DNA of 64,000 nucleotides, from NCBI GenBank assembly GCA_963666275.2, contig CAXXOA010000003.1, positions 96,001-160,000 on the forward strand, given 5' to 3'. The DNA is from Oceanispirochaeta sp. (lineage in GTDB: Bacteria; Spirochaetota; Spirochaetia; DSM-2461). The notes below the pieces were generated by a model. It was not told where the DNA came from and made no database searches. It saw nothing but the letters and a program-made list of their open reading frames with translations. Every line of letters starts with the position of its first letter. The first letter of the stretch is position 1. The translations under genes and the position numbers were made by a program. This document shows positions 39,964 to 48,937 of the stretch, piece after piece.

Positions 39964-40965
39964 ATGTTTACTTTCAATACAGCCGCAGGAGCCACTCTGT
40001 GGTCTTCCTGGGGGATGTGGCTTGTTGTTCTGGCGGCTCTGTTTCTGCTGAATGAAGTATCCCGCCGGTCTAAACTGGCAGGATTCCTTTCTTTTGTTGT
40101 TCTGCCGCTTGTGTTAACGGTTCTCTGGTTTACCCTGCTCAGGGACACAACCTATACGGACTGGTTTCATCTGGCAAAAGTATACTCTGCCACCGCCGGG
40201 TGTATCGGTTTCTGGCTGATCCGGCATCTCCGGGGAAAGGATAAGGCCACCGGCAGAGAGTGGCGCCTGTCCGAGAAGAAATGGGCGCTCTGTTTTCCTC
40301 CTCTGATCCTGGCCATCAATATCCTGGAAGCCTGTGTCAGGGATTTTCAGATCGGTTTCCTCTATTCCGGCGGGGGAATTACCGCTGATGAGGGCGTGTA
40401 TGTTCTGGGTGGAATCTGGAACTATATGAACGGTGCGGCGGGGATCCTCAATATCATAGCCATCACGGGCTGGTTCGGCATCGTGATCCGCCGGGAGACG
40501 GCAAAAGACAAGAGCCGGGATATGCTCTGGCCCGATATGCTCTGGTTCTGGATCATTGCCTACGACCTGTGGAACTTTGTCTATACCTACAACTGCCTGC
40601 CCCACCACGCCTGGTACTGCGGTTTCGCCCTTCTTCTGGCTCCCACTCTCTGTGCCTTTACCCTGGGCAAGGGCGCCTGGCTTCAGCACAGGGCCCATAC
40701 CCTGGCCCTCTGGTGCATGTTTGCCCAGACATTCCCCTCCTTTCAGGACGAAGGGATGTTTGCCGTCACCTCCACCTACAATCCGACGATCTATATGGTT
40801 TTCGGTGTGGCTTCCCTTGCGGTCAATGTTGCCGTGGTCGGGTATATGCTCAAGAAAATCAAAGAGACAGGACGCAATCCCTACAAAGAGGAACTCTATA
40901 CGGATCATCCCGGTTATCAGGAGGTGAATTCTCTCAGTGAACCTGCTGTGAAACTGGGGGCCTGA
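39964..40965 (+). CDS. Multi-pass membrane protein (DUF5692-like), possible transporter
   Basis: About 9-10 TM segments, 'WFHLAKVYS', 'INILEA', 'WPDMLWFWIIAYDLWNF', 'WLQHRAHTL'. AAGGAG RBS before ATG 39964. Family recalled, not searched. Confidence 0.7.
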   Translation: MFTFNTAAGATLWSSWGMWLVVLAALFLLNEVSRRSKLAGFLSFVVLPLVLTVLWFTLLRDTTYTDWFHLAKVYSATAGCIGFWLIRHLRGKDKATGREWRLSEKKWALCFPPLILAINILEACVRDFQIGFLYSGGGITADEGVYVLGGIWNYMNGAAGILNIIAITGWFGIVIRRETAKDKSRDMLWPDMLWFWIIAYDLWNFVYTYNCLPHHAWYCGFALLLAPTLCAFTLGKGAWLQHRAHTLALWCMFAQTFPSFQDEGMFAVTSTYNPTIYMVFGVASLAVNVAVVGYMLKKIKETGRNPYKEELYTDHPGYQEVNSLSEPAVKLGA

Positions 40966-41230
40966 TCCTATGTGCCTGTCTGTCCCGGTGCCTGCCGGTC
41001 CGGGGCAGAGTGTCTCTTTCATTGTTTAAAATATCCGGGGGACCTGGATCTCTTTCTCCTCTAATCTATTTAAGCCCCTGTTTTTCCAGGTTTCCCCTTT
41101 TCTGCCTTCTCTTCCCCTTTCCGGTACTTCTGGAAATTAAATATTATTAAAATAGTAATAATAATGGAAACCCTGCCATAAATCCCTACAATTAATAGAA
41201 TGAAGACTTCAAATAATCAGGGAGAATGGT

Positions 41231-42007
41231 ATGACAGTTACAAAGAAACAGTCTCTTACCCTTCTGCTCATAGCCTCTCTAACTATACAGTTTGCAGCAC
41301 AGACAGCAGGGAATGTCATGACTGAAGTGGTGAAGTACAAAGCCGACGGTGTGGAGATGCAGGGCTATCTGGCCTACGACAGCAGCCTTAAGGGGAAAAG
41401 GCCCGGTGTTATCGTTGTCCATGAATGGACAGGTTTGAACGATTATGCCAGATTCAGGGCGGAAGAGCTGGCCCGGCAGGGGTATGTGGCCTTCGCCGCG
41501 GATATGTACGGGGGAGGGAAGGTTGTTTCCTTTGAGGAAGCCCGGTCCCTTTCCGGGCAGGTGGGGTCGGACTTTCCCCTTATTGAAAAACGCTTCAATG
41601 CGGCTTTGAAGGTTCTGCAGAACCAGCCCGGAGTGGACAGGAGTCAGATCGGAGCCATCGGCTACTGTTTCGGGGGCGGAATTGTGCTGAACATGGCCCG
41701 GATGGGAGCGGAGCTGCAGGGGATTGTCAGCTTTCACGCCAGCATCAATACGGGACTGGATGCAGGGCCCGGAGATGTAAAGACCCCGCTTCTTGTTATC
41801 CAGGGAGCCGGAGACCCGGCCGCACCTGTAGAAAGACAGGAAGCTTTCAAGGCGGAGATGAACGGGGCGGGAGCCGATTACAGATATATTATCTACCCCG
41901 ATGTGGATGCCCATAATTTCACAAATCCCGAAGGACGCAGCTATTACCCCGAAGAGGCAGAAGCCGCCTGGAAGGAGATGCTGGACTTCTTTGATAAGAG
42001 GTTTTAG
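41231..42007 (+). CDS. Dienelactone hydrolase family protein (exported)
   Basis: Signal peptide, 'VVHEWTG', nucleophile elbow 'GYCFGG', 'HNFT'. Confidence 0.9.
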   Translation: MTVTKKQSLTLLLIASLTIQFAAQTAGNVMTEVVKYKADGVEMQGYLAYDSSLKGKRPGVIVVHEWTGLNDYARFRAEELARQGYVAFAADMYGGGKVVSFEEARSLSGQVGSDFPLIEKRFNAALKVLQNQPGVDRSQIGAIGYCFGGGIVLNMARMGAELQGIVSFHASINTGLDAGPGDVKTPLLVIQGAGDPAAPVERQEAFKAEMNGAGADYRYIIYPDVDAHNFTNPEGRSYYPEEAEAAWKEMLDFFDKRF

Positions 42008-42104
42008 TTTTTTTCAAACAGGAAGCACTGAGAGACTTACTTTTCTCCCTTTTCATGAGGTTCGGGATAGGAAAAAAGTCTCTGACAGTTTCAGGACGGG
42101 ATTC

Positions 42105-42983
42105 TTATCTTTTCGGGTTTTTTTCTGAGCGTCCTTTTCGATAGATATGAAATCCCGCAGAAAAGATCAGTATATATCCCGCAAGGCTGAACAGGTCAGG
42201 CAATTCGGAAAACAGGGCTATTCCCAGAATACTGGCAAATACAATTTGGGCGTACTGGTAAATTGAAACCTCCCCGGCAGGGGCGTATTTATAGGCAGCG
42301 GTCAGCATAAACTGTCCTCCCGCTGCGGCTGCACCGGTTGCAAGCAGATATGTCAGTTGAACCGGGGTTGGTATGACCGGTTGTATAAAAAAGAAGGGAA
42401 GGCAGGCAATGGTGGATATCAGGGAAAAGCAGAACACAATCGTAAAACTGCTCTCTTTGTTTCCCAGATAGCTAACCATTGTATAGGTCATCCCAGCCAG
42501 GACCGCACCGGTTATTCCGACAATAGCCGGAAAGGTCGAAGAGAAATGAAATCCCGGTTTAATGATCAAAGCCGATCCCGCCAGGGCCAGTATCAGTGAT
42601 GAGATCTGAAAGGGTTTTATGGGATTTTTTAAAAAGATCCTGGCAAATATTATCACAAAAAACGGACTCATTTTATTCAGCATTGAAGAATCGGCCAGGA
42701 TGAGGTGATCTATGCTGTAAAAAAATAACAGAATACCGATGGCTCCGGTTACGGCTCTCAGCAGCAGAAACGGGCGGTTTTCCCGTTTCCCCCATAGACT
42801 CTGCTTTTTGGATTTCAGGATAGTGAATGAAATGACAAGGCTGACGGCATTTCTGAAAAGGGCCTTTTCCATCGAGGGGATGTCTCCCGCCAGTTTGACA
42901 AAGGCGGTCATAATGGCAAAAAAGAGTGCTGATCCCAGCATCAGAAGTATGGCTTTGGTTTTATGGGATTCCTGGTAATTCAT
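42105..42983 (-). CDS. DMT/EamA family transporter
   Basis: About 10 TM segments, 'LFRNAVS', 'LNKMSPFF', 'GQFMLTAAYKYAPA'. Confidence 0.9.
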   Translation of the reverse strand: MNYQESHKTKAILLMLGSALFFAIMTAFVKLAGDIPSMEKALFRNAVSLVISFTILKSKKQSLWGKRENRPFLLLRAVTGAIGILLFFYSIDHLILADSSMLNKMSPFFVIIFARIFLKNPIKPFQISSLILALAGSALIIKPGFHFSSTFPAIVGITGAVLAGMTYTMVSYLGNKESSFTIVFCFSLISTIACLPFFFIQPVIPTPVQLTYLLATGAAAAGGQFMLTAAYKYAPAGEVSIYQYAQIVFASILGIALFSELPDLFSLAGYILIFSAGFHIYRKGRSEKNPKR

Positions 42984-43285
42984 AATTCTCCTTGCACTGG
43001 CCTGTTATTCTCTTCTTTCTCCCCTAATCATGCAAGATCCTGAAGGAATTATAGGGTGCAAAATAAAAAGGTTTATGTTGTGGATACTGCAATGATGGAT
43101 GGGTTCAGTAAGCCTCATCAGAGGGACTGGGAAAGCGTAATCAGAGCCGGGTTTTTATCGGAGATAAAATTACTCATTTCTCTCCCTTTGCCGTAAATGT
43201 CTCTTTCTGAGTTTTACTTTAAATGGTTAGTAATTTTGTAATAATAGCTTGTGAATCTGACACTTCTGATGCTATTCTTCAGGGG

Positions 43286-43615
43286 ATGAAACGGGCTCTC
43301 TTTCTTCTCCTATTAATACTCTCCTGGCAGGTATCTGCTTCAGGTCTCTCCGGTTCTGATTGTTCCGGCACCTTGACGATACAGGTCCGCAGGGCACACG
43401 GGGATGATCACTGTTCTTCCTGCTCCGTTTCATCCGCAATGGAGTCCTCGGATTTCCGCTATTTCAGCTATGAGAAACCTCTGACTCCACTGACCTTCGG
43501 CTCCCATTCCTATAAGAATACTTTCGGACCTGTACTACCGCTGGATTGGCGGCTCCTGAAGGATGGATTCCTCAGGGAAGCGCTCTATCTCCACCATTGT
43601 TCCCTTCTGATTTGA
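43286..43615 (+). CDS. Small exported His/Cys protein upstream of the heavy-metal gene (possible regulatory leader)
   Basis: Signal peptide 'MKRALFLLLLILSWQVSA', 'HGDDHCSSC', C-terminal 'LYLHHCSLLI'. Confidence 0.6.
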   Translation: MKRALFLLLLILSWQVSASGLSGSDCSGTLTIQVRRAHGDDHCSSCSVSSAMESSDFRYFSYEKPLTPLTFGSHSYKNTFGPVLPLDWRLLKDGFLREALYLHHCSLLI

Positions 43616-43664
43616 GTTTCAGGTTCTCTACAGCCCATAAGAACTCAATACCGGAAAGGAATCT

Positions 43665-45434
43665 ATGAAACAGAAAACAGAACAAACAAGCTATATAAAG
43701 ACCCTGGGCATGACCTGCGGGAACTGTGAAAAAAAAGTATCGGAGAATCTGAAAGAGCTGGCGGGAGTGATCTCTATCCAGGCCGATTTTGTCGGGGGCC
43801 ATGTCCGGATCCGCCATAATGGAGAGTTCTCTCCGGATGAGGCTCTCCGGAGGCTATCCCGGCTGGGATACGAAGGCCGTCAGGTCTCCCGGAAAAGGCT
43901 GGTCTTCGAAAAACTCCGCTTTTATATAATTTCCTCCGTCATTATTGGTTTAATGCTCTACATTAATCAGAAAACCGGCCTTCTGAACCGGATACCCCGA
44001 ATCCCTGAAGAGGCAACTTATATGCTCCTGCTGGTTCTGGGAATCATGACTTCGGTTCACTGCATAGGCATGTGCGGGGGAATCAACCTTTCCCAGACAG
44101 GATCCGCCCGGCTGGACGAACCGGGGAAAGCGGTTTTCCGCAGAGGATTGGCCTACAATGCGGGGAGGATCATTTCGTATACTCTTGTCGGGGCCCTGGC
44201 AGGAGCTTTGGGGTCTGTGTTCTCTCTGGCCCTATCTCTCCAGGCGGCGGTTATTTCAGTTGCGGGAGTCTTCATGGTGGCGGCGGGGTTCCATATGCTC
44301 GGGTTTCTGGGGGGGCTTCGCCGGATCTTTCCCGGAGGGGTCAGTTTGCCATTTTCCCGGTTTTTCAGGGGGAGAACCTTCAGGCATCCCCTGGCTGTTG
44401 GGATAGCCAACGGCCTGATGCCCTGCGGTCCCCTCCAGTCCATGCAGCTCTATGCCCTGTCTACGGGAAGCTTTTGGCAGGGTGCCCTTTCCATGTTTTT
44501 TTTCAGCGTCGGGACTGTTCCACTGATGCTGCTTTTCGGAAGTATCAGCGCTTTCTTTTCCCTGAAATCCCGCCGGATCGTCCATCGGACAAGCGGTCTT
44601 CTGGTTCTTCTGCTGGGAGCCGGTATGATTCTGAGAGGACTCTCCCTTCAGGGGGTGGGGCTGCCTGTGGACAGTGCCGGATCGGACGAAGTCAAAAGAG
44701 CCCTGGCTGTACTAGAAGGCTCTTCCCAGGTTGTGGAGTCCGCAGTGACTCCCTACGGATATGAACCCATAGTTGTTCAGAAAGGGATTCCTGTGGAGTG
44801 GCGCCTTTCTGCCGGTCCGGGGGATATCACCGGATGCAATAATGCCATTATTGTCAGGGAGTACGGGATTGAGCAGCCTCTTGATGATGGAATTACCACT
44901 GTAGAATTCCTCCCTGTGGAGGCGGGGACTTACCTTTTTTCCTGCTGGATGGGGATGATCTCTTCTCATATTGTGGTTGTGGACGATCTGTCTGCCTATG
45001 ATCCGGCAGCCCCGGTGGATCCTCCCGGAGCGTCTTCTACCCGGGAGGTCCGAGTGAAAATACCCGAATTTCAGGCAGAAGATATCGCCTATTCCCGGCA
45101 GGGGGAAGAGACCTATGAAGCAGAGCTTCTGATAGAGAACGGTGGCCTCTCTCCGGCTGTGATTGTCATGAAAAGGGGAGCGGAAACCAGATGGCATCTC
45201 AGCGCCTCAGATGTGGATTCCGAATCCCGCAGGATTGTCTTTCCTTCCTATAATGCGGTGGTGGATGTTCCTGAGGGGGAATCAACAGTATTAACTCTGG
45301 TGCCCGAAGAGGATTTTTATTTCTACAGCTCCGACGGAGAGTTTCTGGGATTTGTTGTTGCCGCTGATGATCCCGGGAGTTATTCAGAAAGGAAAGTGCT
45401 CAGAATCGTGAACTCCTACCTCACGTCTCCATAG
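43665..45434 (+). CDS. HMA + DsbD_2-type membrane domain + cupredoxin-like domain(s); copper/heavy-metal handling protein
   Basis: 'GMTCGNC' HMA, 'HCIGMCGG', 'YNAGRIISY', 'LMPCGPL', 'GTVP', 'TGCNN...FSCWMGMI'. Confidence 0.85.
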   Translation: MKQKTEQTSYIKTLGMTCGNCEKKVSENLKELAGVISIQADFVGGHVRIRHNGEFSPDEALRRLSRLGYEGRQVSRKRLVFEKLRFYIISSVIIGLMLYINQKTGLLNRIPRIPEEATYMLLLVLGIMTSVHCIGMCGGINLSQTGSARLDEPGKAVFRRGLAYNAGRIISYTLVGALAGALGSVFSLALSLQAAVISVAGVFMVAAGFHMLGFLGGLRRIFPGGVSLPFSRFFRGRTFRHPLAVGIANGLMPCGPLQSMQLYALSTGSFWQGALSMFFFSVGTVPLMLLFGSISAFFSLKSRRIVHRTSGLLVLLLGAGMILRGLSLQGVGLPVDSAGSDEVKRALAVLEGSSQVVESAVTPYGYEPIVVQKGIPVEWRLSAGPGDITGCNNAIIVREYGIEQPLDDGITTVEFLPVEAGTYLFSCWMGMISSHIVVVDDLSAYDPAAPVDPPGASSTREVRVKIPEFQAEDIAYSRQGEETYEAELLIENGGLSPAVIVMKRGAETRWHLSASDVDSESRRIVFPSYNAVVDVPEGESTVLTLVPEEDFYFYSSDGEFLGFVVAADDPGSYSERKVLRIVNSYLTSP

Positions 45435-45527
45435 GAAAAGAGTCCGGGAGGGATAGAAAACCCCTCCGCCGGATTCATGAGGCAATTCTCACTTTTTCAG
45501 AATCTGCTGTGCCTTTCCGGGCTGGGT

Positions 45528-46304
45528 CTATTTTTTTTTCCTGCTGGCCCTGTTTCTGAAGACTCCCTGGAGTTTCTGAAAGTTCTGGCGGGTGCCTGTG
45601 GCAAGGGAGGTCGCTTTGTATTTGCTTATGATATTGACCGATTCCATTTCCCATATGCAGAAGTGAAGAGTGCCGTTTCTGGCAAAAATCGGGGTGCATG
45701 ATATCCCTGTTCCTTCGGGGCCGTTCCAGGGCAGTCTCTGTTTTTCCATATGACTGAGAACTTCCGCCAGGGGGATATCCTCTCTTATGTCGCTGATGGT
45801 CATAAGAGAGAGCTCCTCCTGCTCTTTTCCTATTTTTTCAACAAGCCTTTCACTGTAGGTGAAGACCCCTCCGGTCACATCCGTGACAACCACGGGAGAG
45901 TCCACATCTTCACAGAGCATCTTAATCAGGGTATTCAGGGCTGTTATCCTCTCCGATCTGAGATTGACGATCTCATTCTGCTCTGCCATGATCTTTTTCA
46001 GGGCTTCTCCCAGGCTTCCCATCTCTTTCAGTATCCTGACGGCCTGTATATTTGATAAATCCCCGATTCTGCCGATCCTTTCCAGATCTCCTATGAGTTT
46101 TCTCTGTCTGAAAAAGAGGGCTGCCATGATCCACCCCTGAAAAATGAGAATCACAATCCCCCAGAACAGAAGGTTCTCTCTGTCCATGCGGATAGGGGAG
46201 GCTTCTCCGGGGCTGAGCCTGTAGCCGGCAAATATGAGAAGTCCTGTGGAAACAAGTACAAGGAGGAGAGACAGGGCAAGCCTTTTCCGGGTAATCAGTA
46301 TCAT
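45528..46304 (-). CDS. Hypothetical 2-TM protein with a PAS-like cytoplasmic region, coupled to the K+ uptake operon
   Basis: ATGA overlap with the trkA/ktrA stop, two TM helices, 'DSPVVVTDVTGGV'. Confidence 0.65.
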   Translation of the reverse strand: MILITRKRLALSLLLVLVSTGLLIFAGYRLSPGEASPIRMDRENLLFWGIVILIFQGWIMAALFFRQRKLIGDLERIGRIGDLSNIQAVRILKEMGSLGEALKKIMAEQNEIVNLRSERITALNTLIKMLCEDVDSPVVVTDVTGGVFTYSERLVEKIGKEQEELSLMTISDIREDIPLAEVLSHMEKQRLPWNGPEGTGISCTPIFARNGTLHFCIWEMESVNIISKYKATSLATGTRQNFQKLQGVFRNRASRKKK

Positions 46305-47002
46305 AGGGGCACCTCTCCGCTCTTCTGAAACTCTTCCAGAGCCTTCTCTTCTCCCACCAGGATAAGAACGTCTCCTGTGATCAGTACTTCTCCGGGAACC
46401 GGAAAGAGGAGTTCTTCGTCTCTTTTTGTATTTCCGTCCGCATCCAGAGCCGTACGGATCCTTCTCAGGGCTACCAGGCGGATCTTGAATTTTTCCTCCA
46501 GGTCCAGAGAGGCCACCGTTGATTTCTCATAGGCTCCGGGCAGATACATTTCCGAGAGGATGACCTTCCGGGAGAGGGGGATTTTCTCCATCACAGAGGG
46601 GGCAATGAGGTTCTGGGCGATCCGGCTTCCCTCTTCCTCCTCAATATTGATGACCTCGTTGGCGCCGATCTGTTTCAGCACCTGGTAGTGGGTTTTATTG
46701 ACAGCCCGGGCTATGATGTAGGGCACTCCCGTCTGTTTCAGAAGGGTGGTTGTGAGGATGCTGGCCTCTATATTGTCTCCGATGGCCACAATGGCCGCAT
46801 CCACCTGATCAAAGGGGGCTTCCGCTATGGAGTCCTCATCGGTCGAGTCCATAAGGATCGCCTGGGAGACATAGTCCTTCACCTTGTTGACCAGAGCCGG
46901 AGTATTGTCCAGGGCAATCACCTCACCCCCTTTTTCTGTCAGTACTTCGCAGACCTTCCTTCCGAAAAGTCCCAGTCCTATGACTGCAAATGTCTTGGCC
47001 AT
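46301..47002 (-). CDS. ktrA: Potassium uptake regulatory subunit (TrkA/KtrA RCK protein)
   Basis: 'FAVIGLGLFG', 'IVAIG', 'IIARA', 'IGANEVI'. True start at 47002 with AGGAG RBS. Confidence 0.9.
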   Translation of the reverse strand: MAKTFAVIGLGLFGRKVCEVLTEKGGEVIALDNTPALVNKVKDYVSQAILMDSTDEDSIAEAPFDQVDAAIVAIGDNIEASILTTTLLKQTGVPYIIARAVNKTHYQVLKQIGANEVINIEEEEGSRIAQNLIAPSVMEKIPLSRKVILSEMYLPGAYEKSTVASLDLEEKFKIRLVALRRIRTALDADGNTKRDEELLFPVPGEVLITGDVLILVGEEKALEEFQKSGEVPL

Positions 47003-47052
47003 TGTAAAACTCCTGTATGCATTTGTTCGATTCTCCTGTTTCTCCTGATCAA

Positions 47053-48789
47053 TTATCCTATTAAAAGAGTGGCTTCCGGATAGGAGATCGCCGAGCTTTT
47101 CTCCTTCCCCGACGAGGCTGTGAGCAGTGTCAGGGGGCCTATCCTTCCTATGAACATCAGGGCGGAAATCGCCAGTTTTCCGAACAGGGTCAGCTCTCCA
47201 GTTATGCCGGTGGAAAGGCCCACTGTGGCAAAGGCCGAAACCGCTTCGAAGAAGATCTGTACCGGTTCGGCCGCTTCGGTCAGAAAGAGCAGAAAGGTCA
47301 CTGTGAAAATGGACAGGACTCCGAAGAGGATGACTGTAAAGGCCTGGAGAACCTGTTCTTTCGGAACCTGATGGCGGTAGAGCAGGATCTCCTGGTCTCC
47401 TCTGCGGAATGAGCGGATATAGGCCCATGCGGCCCCCAGGGTATTGACCTTGATGCCCCCGGCGGTACTGCCCGAGGCGCCGCCAATAAACATGACGCCG
47501 ATCATCAGCATCAGGGTTCCGGCTCCGAGGGTTTCAAAGGGGATGGTATTGAATCCTGCGGTTCTGAGGGTCACCGACTGGAAGAAGGCCGAAAGGTACT
47601 GGTCCGGCAGGGTCAGGGAAAAGAGGTACCGTCCATGTTCCAGTTTGTAGATCAGAAGCATGGGGACGAGGAGTAGAATCCCTGTGACCTGGAGAACAAC
47701 CCGGGAATTGATGGTGAGTCTGGACCGTTTCTTTCTTAAAAGGTCGGCAATCACCCGGGAGATATCCGTGAGAACCGTAAAACTGATGCCCCCCGCGATG
47801 ATCAGCCCCGCAATGACCAGATTCAGGGGAAGGTTGCCCTGAAAGGAGACCAGGCTGTCTGAATAGAGAGCGAAGCCGGCATTGCAGAAGGCGGAAACCC
47901 CATGGAACAGAGAAAAGAAGGCCGCCTGGCCTATGCTCATGGAGGAGCCCAGGAAAACAGGGAACATCAGGACAGCCCCTGTGAGCTCTATGGAGAATGT
48001 CAGGAAAATGATCCTTTTGACGCTGCTCACAATGCTCTTCATATCCGAAGCATTGAGCATATAACTCAGGAGCTGTCTGTCCTTGAGGCTGACCGAGCGG
48101 CGAAAGGCGAACATCATGAAATACGAGAGCAGCATGATTCCCAGACCGCCGATCTGAATCATCACCATGATGGTTATCTGTCCCGCCAGGGTGAACCGGG
48201 AGGCCGTATCCACAACGATCAGCCCTGTAACACAGACCGCCGATGTAATGGTAAAGAAGGCATCCACAGGTTTAAGGGGAGCCCCCCGGCTCATCATGGG
48301 CATCATCAGCAGGAGGGTTCCCACCATGATGACAATGATAAAGCTCAGCACCACCGTCTGGGCGGGATGGGAGAAAATGGAATTCAGGTATCCCGTCAGC
48401 TTTCTTATCCGGCCGTATACTTTCAGAACCAAAAGGATATTCCTTACAATCATCAGAAAGAAATAGCCCTTGATTGTATTGTTCTCCGGAAAGATTCCGG
48501 GAAGCCTGTTGATCATGAACAGGGTCAGATAGACAAGTAAGAACACAAGGGCGGGGATGTGGTTCTTCAGATAGACCCGTTTACGGGGAGCCCTGAGAAA
48601 ACCGGAGAGTCCTTCTCCCAGAAGAACAAGGACCAGAGTGTAGTCGATGACTTGTATTATCCACCGGTAATTTCCCAGTCTGACCGACTGCTGTTCCAGG
48701 TAGAGTCCTAGGATTCCCAGGAACAGGAGGAACAGTAACGCTGCTTTTTTCACACAAGGGAGTATCTTACGGGAACGGGAAAAAATCAA
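47053..48789 (-). CDS. ktrB: Potassium uptake membrane subunit (TrkH/KtrB) with N-terminal membrane extension
   Basis: Pore loops 'SAVCVTGL', 'SAFCNAGF', 'TLRTAGF', 'SAFATVGLS', plus 'GSTAGGIK' and 'MFIGRIGP'. Confidence 0.92.
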   Translation of the reverse strand: MIFSRSRKILPCVKKAALLFLLFLGILGLYLEQQSVRLGNYRWIIQVIDYTLVLVLLGEGLSGFLRAPRKRVYLKNHIPALVFLLVYLTLFMINRLPGIFPENNTIKGYFFLMIVRNILLVLKVYGRIRKLTGYLNSIFSHPAQTVVLSFIIVIMVGTLLLMMPMMSRGAPLKPVDAFFTITSAVCVTGLIVVDTASRFTLAGQITIMVMIQIGGLGIMLLSYFMMFAFRRSVSLKDRQLLSYMLNASDMKSIVSSVKRIIFLTFSIELTGAVLMFPVFLGSSMSIGQAAFFSLFHGVSAFCNAGFALYSDSLVSFQGNLPLNLVIAGLIIAGGISFTVLTDISRVIADLLRKKRSRLTINSRVVLQVTGILLLVPMLLIYKLEHGRYLFSLTLPDQYLSAFFQSVTLRTAGFNTIPFETLGAGTLMLMIGVMFIGGASGSTAGGIKVNTLGAAWAYIRSFRRGDQEILLYRHQVPKEQVLQAFTVILFGVLSIFTVTFLLFLTEAAEPVQIFFEAVSAFATVGLSTGITGELTLFGKLAISALMFIGRIGPLTLLTASSGKEKSSAISYPEATLLIG

Positions 48790-48859
48790 ATCAAATATTG
48801 AAAGCCCTTTGTTGCGGATCCGTCAACATATGATGTTAATAAAGGCTAACTAAATTCTG

Positions 48860-48888
48860 TTGACCAAATATGACTAAATAAGTAATGT
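48860..48888 (+). promoter_or_regulatory. Candidate pflB promoter overlapped by tandem direct repeats
   Basis: TTGACC-N17-TAATGT, with TGACCAAATA-TGACTAAATA (48861-48880). Confidence 0.5.
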
Positions 48889-48937
48889 ATGGGAGCAGAA
48901 AAACGGATGATCCATCCGTAAGGCAAAGGTGGTTTTT

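Noticed and set aside
42984..43285. Riboswitch or ncRNA in the EamA / metal-gene intergenic region
   Set aside because: No recognisable aptamer consensus or convincing extended pairing seen.
47003..47428. N-terminal extension of the 375-aa ORF 46301-47428
   Set aside because: Overlaps ktrB in another frame. The KtrA fold begins at ATG 47002, which has its own RBS.
48833..48852. Rex operator upstream of pflB
   Set aside because: TGTTAA...CTAACT has the wrong spacing and poor symmetry relative to the Rex consensus.
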